Below are positions 46,319 to 54,252 of a DNA stretch of 64,000 nucleotides, piece after piece (the first letter of the stretch is position 1; every line of letters begins with the position of its first letter). The stretch is taken from the NCBI GenBank assembly GCA_019244185.1, contig JAFATB010000023.1, forward strand, positions 96,001 to 160,000. The letters are read 5' to 3'. The notes beneath the pieces were generated by a model. That model saw only the letters and a program-made list of their open reading frames with translations. It had not been told where the DNA came from and ran no database searches. This DNA is from Acidobacteriota bacterium. Its GTDB lineage: Bacteria; Acidobacteriota; Thermoanaerobaculia; Gp7-AA8. A program made the position numbers and the translations under genes.

Positions 46319-47200
46319 CTACAGCTCATCGATCGACTTCGGCCAGTCGCCTTTCAGCAGACGCGAGAGCGCGCGATCGGCGAGAAGGCGCCCGTCGGTC
46401 TGGCAGCGCGCGCAATAGTTCGTCTCGTTCTCGGCGTAGACGATGCGCTGCACGGGCGAGCCGCAAACGGGACACGGCTGGTCGTAGCGCCCGTGCACGG
46501 CCATCTCGGGGCGGAACGCGGTGACTTTCTCGGGGAAGCGTTCGCCCGCGTCGGCGCGCAGGCGATCGGTCCATTCGATGAGCGTCGCGCGCATGGCGTC
46601 GTAGAGGCGCGCGAGCTCGTCGTCGGAGAGGTTCGTCGTCAGCTGCACCGGCGAGAGACGCGCGCGATGCAGCAGCTCGTCGGAGTACGCGTTGCCGATG
46701 CCGCTGAAGACGTGCGGATCGGTGAGCGTGCGTTTGAGCGTGTGGCGTTCGCGCGTCAGCGCGGCGCGGAACGTGTCGAAGTCGATTTCCAGCGGCTCGA
46801 GTCCTCCCGGATCGAGCGCGCGCAGCGCGTCTTCGCCGCGCACGATGTGAATCGACGCGCGCCGCTTCGAGCCCGCTTCGGTGAGGACGAGCGTGCCGCC
46901 ATCGAAGTCGAACGCCGCGAGGCCGAGCTTTCCCGGAACTTTCGCGCCGGGAGGAAGCCAGCGAAAGCGCCCGGCGATCATCAGATGGATGACGATGAAG
47001 AGCTCGTCTTCGAGCGCGATGACGATGCGCTTGCCGAGCCGGCGCAACTCGCGGACGCGCTTGCCTTCGACATCGCGCGGACCAGGCTCGACGGTGCGCA
47101 AGACGAATGGGTTGGCGAGCCGGACCTTATGGAGCGTCGTGCCGGCGATCCGCGCCGTCAGCGCCTCCACATAGATCGTGACATCGGGAAGTTCAGGCAC
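46319..47200 (-). CDS. Fpg/Nei family DNA glycosylase
   Basis: N-terminal PELPD, RRLGK, HLMIAG, SGIGNAYSDE (H2TH), CPVC...CARCQ zinc finger. Confidence 0.93.
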   Translation of the reverse strand: MPELPDVTIYVEALTARIAGTTLHKVRLANPFVLRTVEPGPRDVEGKRVRELRRLGKRIVIALEDELFIVIHLMIAGRFRWLPPGAKVPGKLGLAAFDFDGGTLVLTEAGSKRRASIHIVRGEDALRALDPGGLEPLEIDFDTFRAALTRERHTLKRTLTDPHVFSGIGNAYSDELLHRARLSPVQLTTNLSDDELARLYDAMRATLIEWTDRLRADAGERFPEKVTAFRPEMAVHGRYDQPCPVCGSPVQRIVYAENETNYCARCQTDGRLLADRALSRLLKGDWPKSIDEL

Positions 47201-47221
47201 TCGATCTTCATTATCAGTCTC

Positions 47222-47824
47222 ATGCGCACATTCGGGGTACTGCTGGCCGGCTGGCTCGTCGGCGCGGGTGTCGTCGTCGCACTCGCGGCGCCGCGGCGTG
47301 CGTCCGCGCCAGCACCGGTCGCGCACGCGCGGCTCACCGTCGTTTCGGCGGCGCCGCCGGTCGCATCGACGGACAACGGCGCCGAGCTGCTCATCCCGGT
47401 GCGCGGCGTCGTCGCGAGCGAACTGCACGACACGTACGCGCAGGCGCGCAGCGGCGGACGCGTGCACGACGCGATCGACATCCTCGCGCCGCGCGGCACG
47501 CCGGTCATCGCGGCCGTCGACGGCACGATCCGCAAGCTCTTCACGAGCAACGCGGGCGGGCTCACGATCTACGAGTTCGATCGCGACGCGCAGCGCGTCT
47601 ACTACTACGCGCATCTCGACAGCTACGCGGACGGACTCGCGGAAGGTCTCGTCGTCACGCGCGGCACGGTGATCGGCTACGTCGGCACGACCGGCAACGC
47701 GCCGGCGAACACGCCGCATCTCCACTTCGCGATCGAAACGCTGCCGCCGACGAAAGAGTGGTGGAAGGGTACGCCGCTCAATCCGTATCCGCTGCTCACG
47801 ACACGCGCTGCAACGCTTCCTTGA
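47222..47824 (+). CDS. M23 family metallopeptidase
   Basis: HDAID, YYAHL, GYVGTTGNA, PHLHF. Confidence 0.92.
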   Translation: MRTFGVLLAGWLVGAGVVVALAAPRRASAPAPVAHARLTVVSAAPPVASTDNGAELLIPVRGVVASELHDTYAQARSGGRVHDAIDILAPRGTPVIAAVDGTIRKLFTSNAGGLTIYEFDRDAQRVYYYAHLDSYADGLAEGLVVTRGTVIGYVGTTGNAPANTPHLHFAIETLPPTKEWWKGTPLNPYPLLTTRAATLP

Positions 47825-48665
47825 CCTGCGCCGAGTCTGGCGCGAGCGCGAGCGCTTTCCCGTAGCTCTGCTTCGCCTCCGCCTTCTTTCCCATCTTTTC
47901 CTGCAGACGTCCGAGCCAGTACCACGCGCTGGCCAGATTCGGCTCATCCATCGCCGGCGTGTACGCCAGATACTTCCGCAGCGACTCCTCGGCACGCGCG
48001 TAGTTCGTCTCCGCGTTCACGGCGTTCTGGCCGATGCGAAAGTACGCGGGCATGTACTTCGGGTCGAGCTCGAGGGCCATGTCGAACTCGTGCAGCGAGC
48101 CGCTCCAGTTCTTGTCGTTGCTCATGAGGAACACGCCGAGGATGTAGTGCGCTTTCGCGGACTTCGGCTGCTCGCGGACGGCGTCGACGACTTCCTTGCG
48201 CGCAACGTCGGGCTTCTTCTGATGGAGATAGACGCGCGCGAAGGCGCGGTGGCCGTCGAGCGCGTCGCGCTTGCGGATCTCGCCAGCCTGCGCGAGCGCC
48301 TTCTCTTCGCTGCCGCCCATGAAGCCGGGCGCGAAGAGGTAGTAGTCGATGAGCGACATGCGCGCGTCGATGAGATTCGGATCGAGCTGCACGGCGCGCT
48401 CGAATTCTTCTTTCGTCTTCTTCGCGAGTCCCGCCTTGCTGAAGAGACTGGCCTTCTGCGCGAGCGTGCCGTACGCCTCGCCGAGCATGAGGTGATAGCG
48501 CGCGTTGTTCGGATCGGAGGCGACGGCTTTCTCGTACGCCGCGGCCGCGGCGTCAGCGTCACCGCGCATCAGCGCCGCGTTTCCCGCCGCGGCAAGCTCA
48601 GGAGCGGTCGCCGCGGCCAGGCGGACGGAGAGCAGGCAAACGCCGACAACGATGAGCTTGCGCAT
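47796..48665 (-). CDS. Exported TPR protein
   Basis: Signal peptide plus multiple TPRs (YEKAVASDP, FERAVQLDP, YGKALALAP). Confidence 0.88.
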   Translation of the reverse strand: MRKLIVVGVCLLSVRLAAATAPELAAAGNAALMRGDADAAAAAYEKAVASDPNNARYHLMLGEAYGTLAQKASLFSKAGLAKKTKEEFERAVQLDPNLIDARMSLIDYYLFAPGFMGGSEEKALAQAGEIRKRDALDGHRAFARVYLHQKKPDVARKEVVDAVREQPKSAKAHYILGVFLMSNDKNWSGSLHEFDMALELDPKYMPAYFRIGQNAVNAETNYARAEESLRKYLAYTPAMDEPNLASAWYWLGRLQEKMGKKAEAKQSYGKALALAPDSAQVKEALQRVS

Positions 48666-48707
48666 GTGTCGTGTACGTAATTTGCTGATGTCTGGTTTCA
48701 CCATAGA

Positions 48708-50672
48708 ATGACCGCCCCGCAGATGACGACGGAGACGCTTTCCCGTACAGAGACCGGCGAGCGCGCGACGATTCCCATTCTCGACGCAGCCGCGGTCGCG
48801 CAATCGTCGGAACAGGCACTCGCGCACGCACGCGAGCTGCTCGACCGCATCGCCGCCGCGCCGCTCGACGGCGCGAACGCCCAGACCGTACTCGACGCGT
48901 GGGACGACACCGCGCGCGTGCTCGAGGACGCATTCGGCCCGATCTCGCTGCTCAACAGCGTGCATCCCGACAAGAGCGTGCGCGACGCGTGCGACGGCGC
49001 ACTCGTCCACGAGTCGAGCTTCCTCACGGACGTCTTTCAGAACGAGGCGTTCTACGAGCGCGTGAAGCGCGTGCATCCGCACAGCGTCGCCGAGCGCGAG
49101 CTGCAGAAGCACCTCATCGAGGCGTTCGAGGACAGCGGCGTCTCGCTCGCGCCGGAAAAACGGCAGCGCTTCAAGGAGATCTCGGAACGCCTCACGGAGC
49201 TCGGTCAGGAGTTCGCGAAGAACATCCGCGAGAACGGCGAGCGCGTGCGCTTCACGGCCGAGGAATGCCGCGGCCTGCCGCAGGCGTGGCGCGACCGCCA
49301 GCCGCGCGACGAGCAAGGCAACATCGTGGTCGGCTTCGACTATCCCGACTACGTGCCGTTCATGATGAACGCGCTCGACGAGGACGCGCGGCGCCGCTAC
49401 TGGACGGCCAATACGCTCCGCGGCACGCCGCGCAATCTCGACGTGCTCGACGAGATCGTGTCGCTGCGCAAGGAGATCGCGGAGCTCTACGAGGTCCCGA
49501 GCTTCGCGCACTATGTGACGAAGCGCCGCATGGTGGAAAATCCGGAGACGGTCGCGCGCTTCCTCGACGACGTCCGCAGCGTGGTCACCGAAGCCGAACT
49601 GCGCGACCTCGGCCGCCTCGCCGAACTGAAAGCGGAGCTCTCCGGCGTCGACGTCGAAGACGCACGCGTCCAACGCTGGGACATCTCGTTCTACCGCGAA
49701 CGCCTCCGCGAACGCCGCTACGCCATCGACCAGGAGCAGCTGCGGAAGTATTTCCCGACGGAATCGACCGTGCGCTGGATGCTCGACATCAGCGAGCGGC
49801 TCTACAACGTGCGCTTCACCCGCGCGGACGTTCCCGTCTGGCACGACGAGGTGATCTACATCGACGTGCACGACGCCGCCACCGGCGCCCTCATCGGCGG
49901 CATTTATCTCGATCTCTATCCGCGCGACGGCAAGTACAAGCACGCCGCCGCGTGGCCCGTCCGCGGCGTGAGCCGCCGCACCGGCCGTAAGCCGATCAGC
50001 GTCCTCGTCACCAACTTCAATCGCCAGGGCCTCACGCACGACGAGCTCGAAACGCTGCTCCACGAGTTCGGTCACGTGCTGCACGGCGTGCTCTCGAACA
50101 CGCATTACCTCGCGCACGCCGGCACGTCCGTCCAACGCGATTTCGTGGAAGCGCCCTCGCAAATGTACGAGGAGTGGGCCAGCCGCATGGAGAGCCTCTC
50201 GCTCCTCCGCGCGCACTGCGCCGATTGCCCGCAGATCGATCAGTCGCTCGTCGAGCGCCTCAAATCCGCGAAGAAATTCGGCGCGGGCATCGACTACGGC
50301 CGCCAGCTGCTCTACGCCTCGTTCGACATGGAGCTCTCCAACGAACATCCCGGCCGCTGCCTCGAGGTCTGGGCGCGCATGGAAGGCCTCACACCCATGG
50401 GCCACGTCGACGGCACGCAGTTCCCCGGAACCTTCGAGCACATCGCGTCCGGTTATGCCGCGGGCTACTACGGCTACATGTGGGCGAAGGTGATCGCCCT
50501 CGATCTGGTCTCGGCGTTCGGCACGGACCTCATGAACCGCGAGACCGGCCGCCGCTTCCGCGAGATGATCCTCAGCCGCGGCAGCGAAGAACCCGCCCGC
50601 GATCTCATCGAACGCTTCCTCGGCCGCCCCGTCGCCAGCGACGCGTTCTTCTCGCACATCATCGGGTCGTGA
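48708..50672 (+). CDS. M3 family metallopeptidase (thimet oligopeptidase-like)
   Basis: YLDLYPRDGK, LLHEFGH (HExxH), DFVEAPSQ, YAAGYYGYMWA. Alternative start at 48723. Confidence 0.94.
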   Translation: MTAPQMTTETLSRTETGERATIPILDAAAVAQSSEQALAHARELLDRIAAAPLDGANAQTVLDAWDDTARVLEDAFGPISLLNSVHPDKSVRDACDGALVHESSFLTDVFQNEAFYERVKRVHPHSVAERELQKHLIEAFEDSGVSLAPEKRQRFKEISERLTELGQEFAKNIRENGERVRFTAEECRGLPQAWRDRQPRDEQGNIVVGFDYPDYVPFMMNALDEDARRRYWTANTLRGTPRNLDVLDEIVSLRKEIAELYEVPSFAHYVTKRRMVENPETVARFLDDVRSVVTEAELRDLGRLAELKAELSGVDVEDARVQRWDISFYRERLRERRYAIDQEQLRKYFPTESTVRWMLDISERLYNVRFTRADVPVWHDEVIYIDVHDAATGALIGGIYLDLYPRDGKYKHAAAWPVRGVSRRTGRKPISVLVTNFNRQGLTHDELETLLHEFGHVLHGVLSNTHYLAHAGTSVQRDFVEAPSQMYEEWASRMESLSLLRAHCADCPQIDQSLVERLKSAKKFGAGIDYGRQLLYASFDMELSNEHPGRCLEVWARMEGLTPMGHVDGTQFPGTFEHIASGYAAGYYGYMWAKVIALDLVSAFGTDLMNRETGRRFREMILSRGSEEPARDLIERFLGRPVASDAFFSHIIGS

Positions 50673-50704
50673 CGCGGTCGCGGTGGCGACAGAGAACCGG
50701 ACCG

Positions 50705-50857
50705 GGAGCGCCTCCGGCGGGGCGGCACGGCCGCCAGCGCTAAGGGCCTAGCCTAGACGCACGTGCGGTCGCGGTTAACGTCGTTGACTGCAGCCGCACG
50801 TGCGTACTGGCTAAGCCCTTAGCGCTGGCGGCCGCGCCGCCCCGCCGGAGGCGCTCC
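50705..50857. repeat. 153-bp near-perfect palindrome (REPIN/MITE-like)
   Basis: Two 76-nt arms centred on T50781, about 9 mismatches, between convergent genes. Confidence 0.9.
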
Positions 50858-50860
50858 TCG

Positions 50861-52252
50861 TCAGGGTCTCAGTTCCACCTCCGCGACGCCTGTGGCGATG
50901 ATGTGCACGACGATCGCGGTTGGTGTCGCAGTGACGCGTTGCGGTTCGATGGCGTCGGCGTGGCCGCGGAGTTGGACGTTGGGGGCGAGGGGGCGGGTGA
51001 GGGCGCGGGTGATCTCGTTGCGGGTCGCGGCGATGCGGGGGCCGACGGGGAAGCGGGCGGACTCGCGCATGCGCTGGCGGATCGTGTCGTGGGCGGCGCG
51101 TTCGGCGATGCGCACGAGGAAGCCGCGGCGTTTCGGATCGAGCGAGTATTCGAGATCGGGGACGGTGATCGTGGAGGAGGCGGCGTCGAATTGCGGAGTG
51201 CCTTCGAGGAACACCGCGCCGTGATAGTTGCGGAGTACGCCGCCGCGGTAATCGATCATCGCCTCGACGGCGACGCGGTTGTTCGGGGCGGGGGAGAGCT
51301 TGATCGACTCGATCGTGAGCGGGCGGCCGTTCACGTTGTACTTCTGGCCCGCGACTTCAGAAGAGGCGAGGCGCGTCGCGTCGTCGTAGGAAAGCTCGAG
51401 ATCGAAGGGCACGCGGATGCCGGTGGGCGTCTTGCCGGTGGCGACGCGGAGCGTGGGGAGCGGTTTGCGTGCGGGGGTGGGTTGGGGGCCGACGACCACG
51501 CGCGTTTGCGCGCGCATCGAGAGCGTGCTCGTCACGATCGTGCCGGAGCCGGTGATCGGGCCGAGCGCGACGTCGATGGGATCGAGCACGAGCCACACGC
51601 GATCGGCGAGGGCGACGGGTGTCTGCAGCGCGTTCCACATCTGCTGCGCCTGCGGGCGGATGCTGGTGAGGGATGGAGTGGTGCGGTCGATCGTCTTCGC
51701 GGCGAGGTTCAGTTGCTCCTCGACGACGGGAGCGACGAAGCGCGGCGTGATGTCGAAGCCGAGCCAGTTCGTCTCGCACGGCTTCGCGTAGTTCACGGGG
51801 AGGAGTCGCGTCGTCGAGCGAAGGCGCCACGCGGGATCCCAATCGAACTTCGCGTGCAGGGTGACTTCCGCTTCGCGTCGCGCCTCGGCCCAGCCGCAGG
51901 AGATGCAGGGGAAGCGGCCGCGGCACGCCTGCAGGCCGTACTTGACGGTCGTCGAGGCGTGCAGTCCGCCGCCGATCATTTGCAGGCGCAACGGTGCGCG
52001 CGCGACCGTGTACTCGATGTCGATGCCGCGTTCCGTCGTCTTGTCGGAGAACGTTTTCGGCACGCGCGCCTCGATCTCCGGGACGAGCGGCGCGAGGTTT
52101 GCGCGGATCGGCACGGCGATCGTCGACAGCTCGGCGGGCGCGGCGGCGGGTGCCTGGGCCGCGAGACGTCCGGCGAGGAGAACCGTCAGAGGGAACAAGA
52201 GACGGGGGAATCGCGCGTTACCTCGTATGATCGCAACGAGAACCTTGTTCAT
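50861..52252 (-). CDS. DUF4403 family exported protein
   Basis: STIAVPI...LVPEIEARVP, WNALQTPVAL...WLVLDP, LEGTPQFD...VPDLEY. Start uncertain (52252 or 52288). Confidence 0.7.
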   Translation of the reverse strand: MNKVLVAIIRGNARFPRLLFPLTVLLAGRLAAQAPAAAPAELSTIAVPIRANLAPLVPEIEARVPKTFSDKTTERGIDIEYTVARAPLRLQMIGGGLHASTTVKYGLQACRGRFPCISCGWAEARREAEVTLHAKFDWDPAWRLRSTTRLLPVNYAKPCETNWLGFDITPRFVAPVVEEQLNLAAKTIDRTTPSLTSIRPQAQQMWNALQTPVALADRVWLVLDPIDVALGPITGSGTIVTSTLSMRAQTRVVVGPQPTPARKPLPTLRVATGKTPTGIRVPFDLELSYDDATRLASSEVAGQKYNVNGRPLTIESIKLSPAPNNRVAVEAMIDYRGGVLRNYHGAVFLEGTPQFDAASSTITVPDLEYSLDPKRRGFLVRIAERAAHDTIRQRMRESARFPVGPRIAATRNEITRALTRPLAPNVQLRGHADAIEPQRVTATPTAIVVHIIATGVAEVELRP

Positions 52253-52291
52253 GTCCGCACTCGCAACCGGCCGTCGCCTCGGAGTCATCCC

Positions 52292-53830
52292 CTGAAGCGG
52301 ATCTCATTCCTTCCGCTCTTCTTCACGGCGCTCGCCATCGTCTTCGCGGTCGCGGTCTGGATCCGCATCCGGACGTTCGACCGCGACGAGGTCAGCGACG
52401 CGACGACGACCTCACTTGCGCGCACGTCGACATCGGCGAGCAGCGGCGCGGCGAATGCGGGCGGCGAGAACACGATGACGGTCGTTCCCGTCGGCGATGC
52501 GAATGCGCCGACGAGCCTCGAGGCCGCGGCGCGTGCGCGCGAGCAGCGCTACAACGAACTGCTGCGCAGCCAGCCGCCCGCGGCGGCGCCCGCGCCCGCA
52601 CCGGCCGCGCCGTCGCTCTTTCATCGCATCGTCGCGCCGATCGCGAGTGCGCTCGGCATCGGGGCGAAGCCGACGCCGCCGCAGCAGCAGGCGCAGTCCG
52701 CGACGCAGCGTCCGGTGGCGCAGCAGCCGCCGCAGCCGGACGACCATGCGCGCACGCCGCAGGAAGAGCGCGATCCCGACTCCGACGTCACGCCGCCGCA
52801 ACTGCGCGGCTGCGAGTTCACGCCGGCGCAGGTGCAGGACGGCGACGACACCATCTTCAGCGCCATCGTCGTCGACGACCTCTCCGGCGTGCGCAGCGTC
52901 TCGGGCGTCATCGCCAGCCCGTCGGGCGCGCCGCAGGGGTTCGCCGCGCAACGCGAAGGAGAGAGCGACCGCTTCGTCTCGAAGATCAGCATTCCGAAGG
53001 AAGCGGCGGAGGGGATCTGGACGGTCAAGTACTTGACCTTGTCCGACAACGCCAGCAACAGCATCAACCTCAACGCGGCGCAGGGGCAGCTGCCGGGCAG
53101 CGCGGCGTTCCGCGTCACGTCGTCGCGCTCCGACTCGACGGGGCCGGCGCTCAAGGCCATCTGGCTGGACCGGCCGTCGATGAAGGCGGGGGATCAGAAC
53201 ACGATCTTCGTGACCGCCGAGGATGACAAGTCGGGCGTGGCGCTGGTGAGCGGCGTGTTCATCAGCCCGTCGAAGCAGGCGCGCATCGGCTTCGGCTGCC
53301 GCGCGGGCAACAACCCGACCACATGGGAGTGCGCGGTGGCGCCGCCGACGTGTCTCGACTGCGGCACGTGGCAGCTCGAGCAGGTGCAGCTGCAGGACAA
53401 AGCGAACAACACCTCCACGTTCCGAGGGGACAACCCGATGGTCGCGCCGGTGCATCTCGACATCGCGGGCGAGAGCTGCGATGCGGGTGCGCCGTCGGTG
53501 TCGTCGCTCACGCTCGATCCGCCGGTGGTGTCGAATGCGGAGTCGACGGTCATCAACGTGCACGCGATCGTGGCGGACGACGGCTGCGGCGTCGCCAGTC
53601 TCAGCGGCCAGGCGGCCGGTCCCGCGATATCGAACGGCGCGCGGCTCTACTTCTCGTTCGATCCGTCGGCGGACGGCACGAACTTCATCGGCCACATCAC
53701 CGTGCCCAAGCATGCGGCGAAAGGCGTGTGGACGATCGCGTGGATTCAGGCGCTGGACAAGGGTCACAACCTGCGCGCGTACGCGGCGAACGATCCGGTG
53801 ATCGCGAGGGTGACGTTCCGCGTGGAGTAG
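52292..53830 (+). CDS. Membrane-anchored protein with Pro/Gln linker and three Ig-like repeats
   Basis: N-terminal TM; three ~110-aa repeats (D..PP.L...DD.SGV..VSG...G.W......D...N). Start uncertain; CTG 52292 follows GGAG. Confidence 0.72.
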   Translation: MKRISFLPLFFTALAIVFAVAVWIRIRTFDRDEVSDATTTSLARTSTSASSGAANAGGENTMTVVPVGDANAPTSLEAAARAREQRYNELLRSQPPAAAPAPAPAAPSLFHRIVAPIASALGIGAKPTPPQQQAQSATQRPVAQQPPQPDDHARTPQEERDPDSDVTPPQLRGCEFTPAQVQDGDDTIFSAIVVDDLSGVRSVSGVIASPSGAPQGFAAQREGESDRFVSKISIPKEAAEGIWTVKYLTLSDNASNSINLNAAQGQLPGSAAFRVTSSRSDSTGPALKAIWLDRPSMKAGDQNTIFVTAEDDKSGVALVSGVFISPSKQARIGFGCRAGNNPTTWECAVAPPTCLDCGTWQLEQVQLQDKANNTSTFRGDNPMVAPVHLDIAGESCDAGAPSVSSLTLDPPVVSNAESTVINVHAIVADDGCGVASLSGQAAGPAISNGARLYFSFDPSADGTNFIGHITVPKHAAKGVWTIAWIQALDKGHNLRAYAANDPVIARVTFRVE

Positions 53831-53842
53831 AGGAGAGCGCGG

Positions 53843-53880
53843 AAAAAGTTAAAGACTCGCGGTCTCTGATTCCGCGAGTC
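53843..53880 (-). terminator. Intrinsic terminator on the minus strand
   Basis: GACTCGCGG-9nt-CCGCGAGTC followed by TTTAACTTTTT on the minus strand. Confidence 0.8.
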
Positions 53881-54075
53881 CATTCCTCGGTCCGTTAACA
53901 GCGATCAGAGCGCATTCGAACCGAAACCATTCCGAAACGCCTCTGCCTCTCGGAACGAAACGCAAACCGTTGACAGCTGCAGAGGAGCATCCGGTTCGCT
54001 CGCCTCGGCATCCAGCAACCCCGAAGCGCCCCTCAGCCCGTTGACATCGTGCATGGCGCGTTCGAACTGAGGTGA
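53843..54075 (-). ncRNA. Putative modular small RNA with three repeated stem-loop units
   Basis: Own promoter (TTGACG-17-CAGATT) and intrinsic terminator; three equivalent hairpins enclosing 22 nt each; no credible ORF. Confidence 0.7.
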
Positions 54076-54080
54076 GCATC

Positions 54081-54109
54081 AATCTGAGTTCGCGGGTTGC
54101 GATCGTCAA
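54081..54109 (-). promoter_or_regulatory. Sigma70-like promoter for the putative sRNA
   Basis: Minus strand TTGACG (54109-54104), 17-nt spacer, CAGATT (54086-54081); A/T tract upstream at 54120-54131 (UP-element-like). Confidence 0.6.
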
Positions 54110-54162
54110 GTGGGTCGACAAAATTTTTTTTGCGACGGTTTGGTTGACGACTTGGCTCGGTC

Positions 54163-54191
54163 GTGACGCCGCTCGGAAATTCGAGTAGGAT
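54163..54191 (+). promoter_or_regulatory. Sigma70-like promoter for the S1 gene
   Basis: GTGACG-17 nt-TAGGAT. Confidence 0.5.
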
Positions 54192-54252
54192 ACGCGTCCC
54201 AACCGTTCTCGCGGCCGAGAACCAATCACTGAAAGGTACGCAGGAAATCCCC

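Noticed and set aside
53895-54046. Three plus-strand TTGACA/TTAACA hexamers as tandem promoters for the S1 gene
   Set aside because: None has a plausible -10 at 16-18 nt, and the flanking stems depend on G-U pairs that form only in the minus-strand RNA. Not fully excluded without TSS data.
53885-54072. CRISPR array interpretation of the three repeated units
   Set aside because: The repeats are conserved in structure rather than sequence, the spacers are themselves hairpins, and there are no cas genes in the window.
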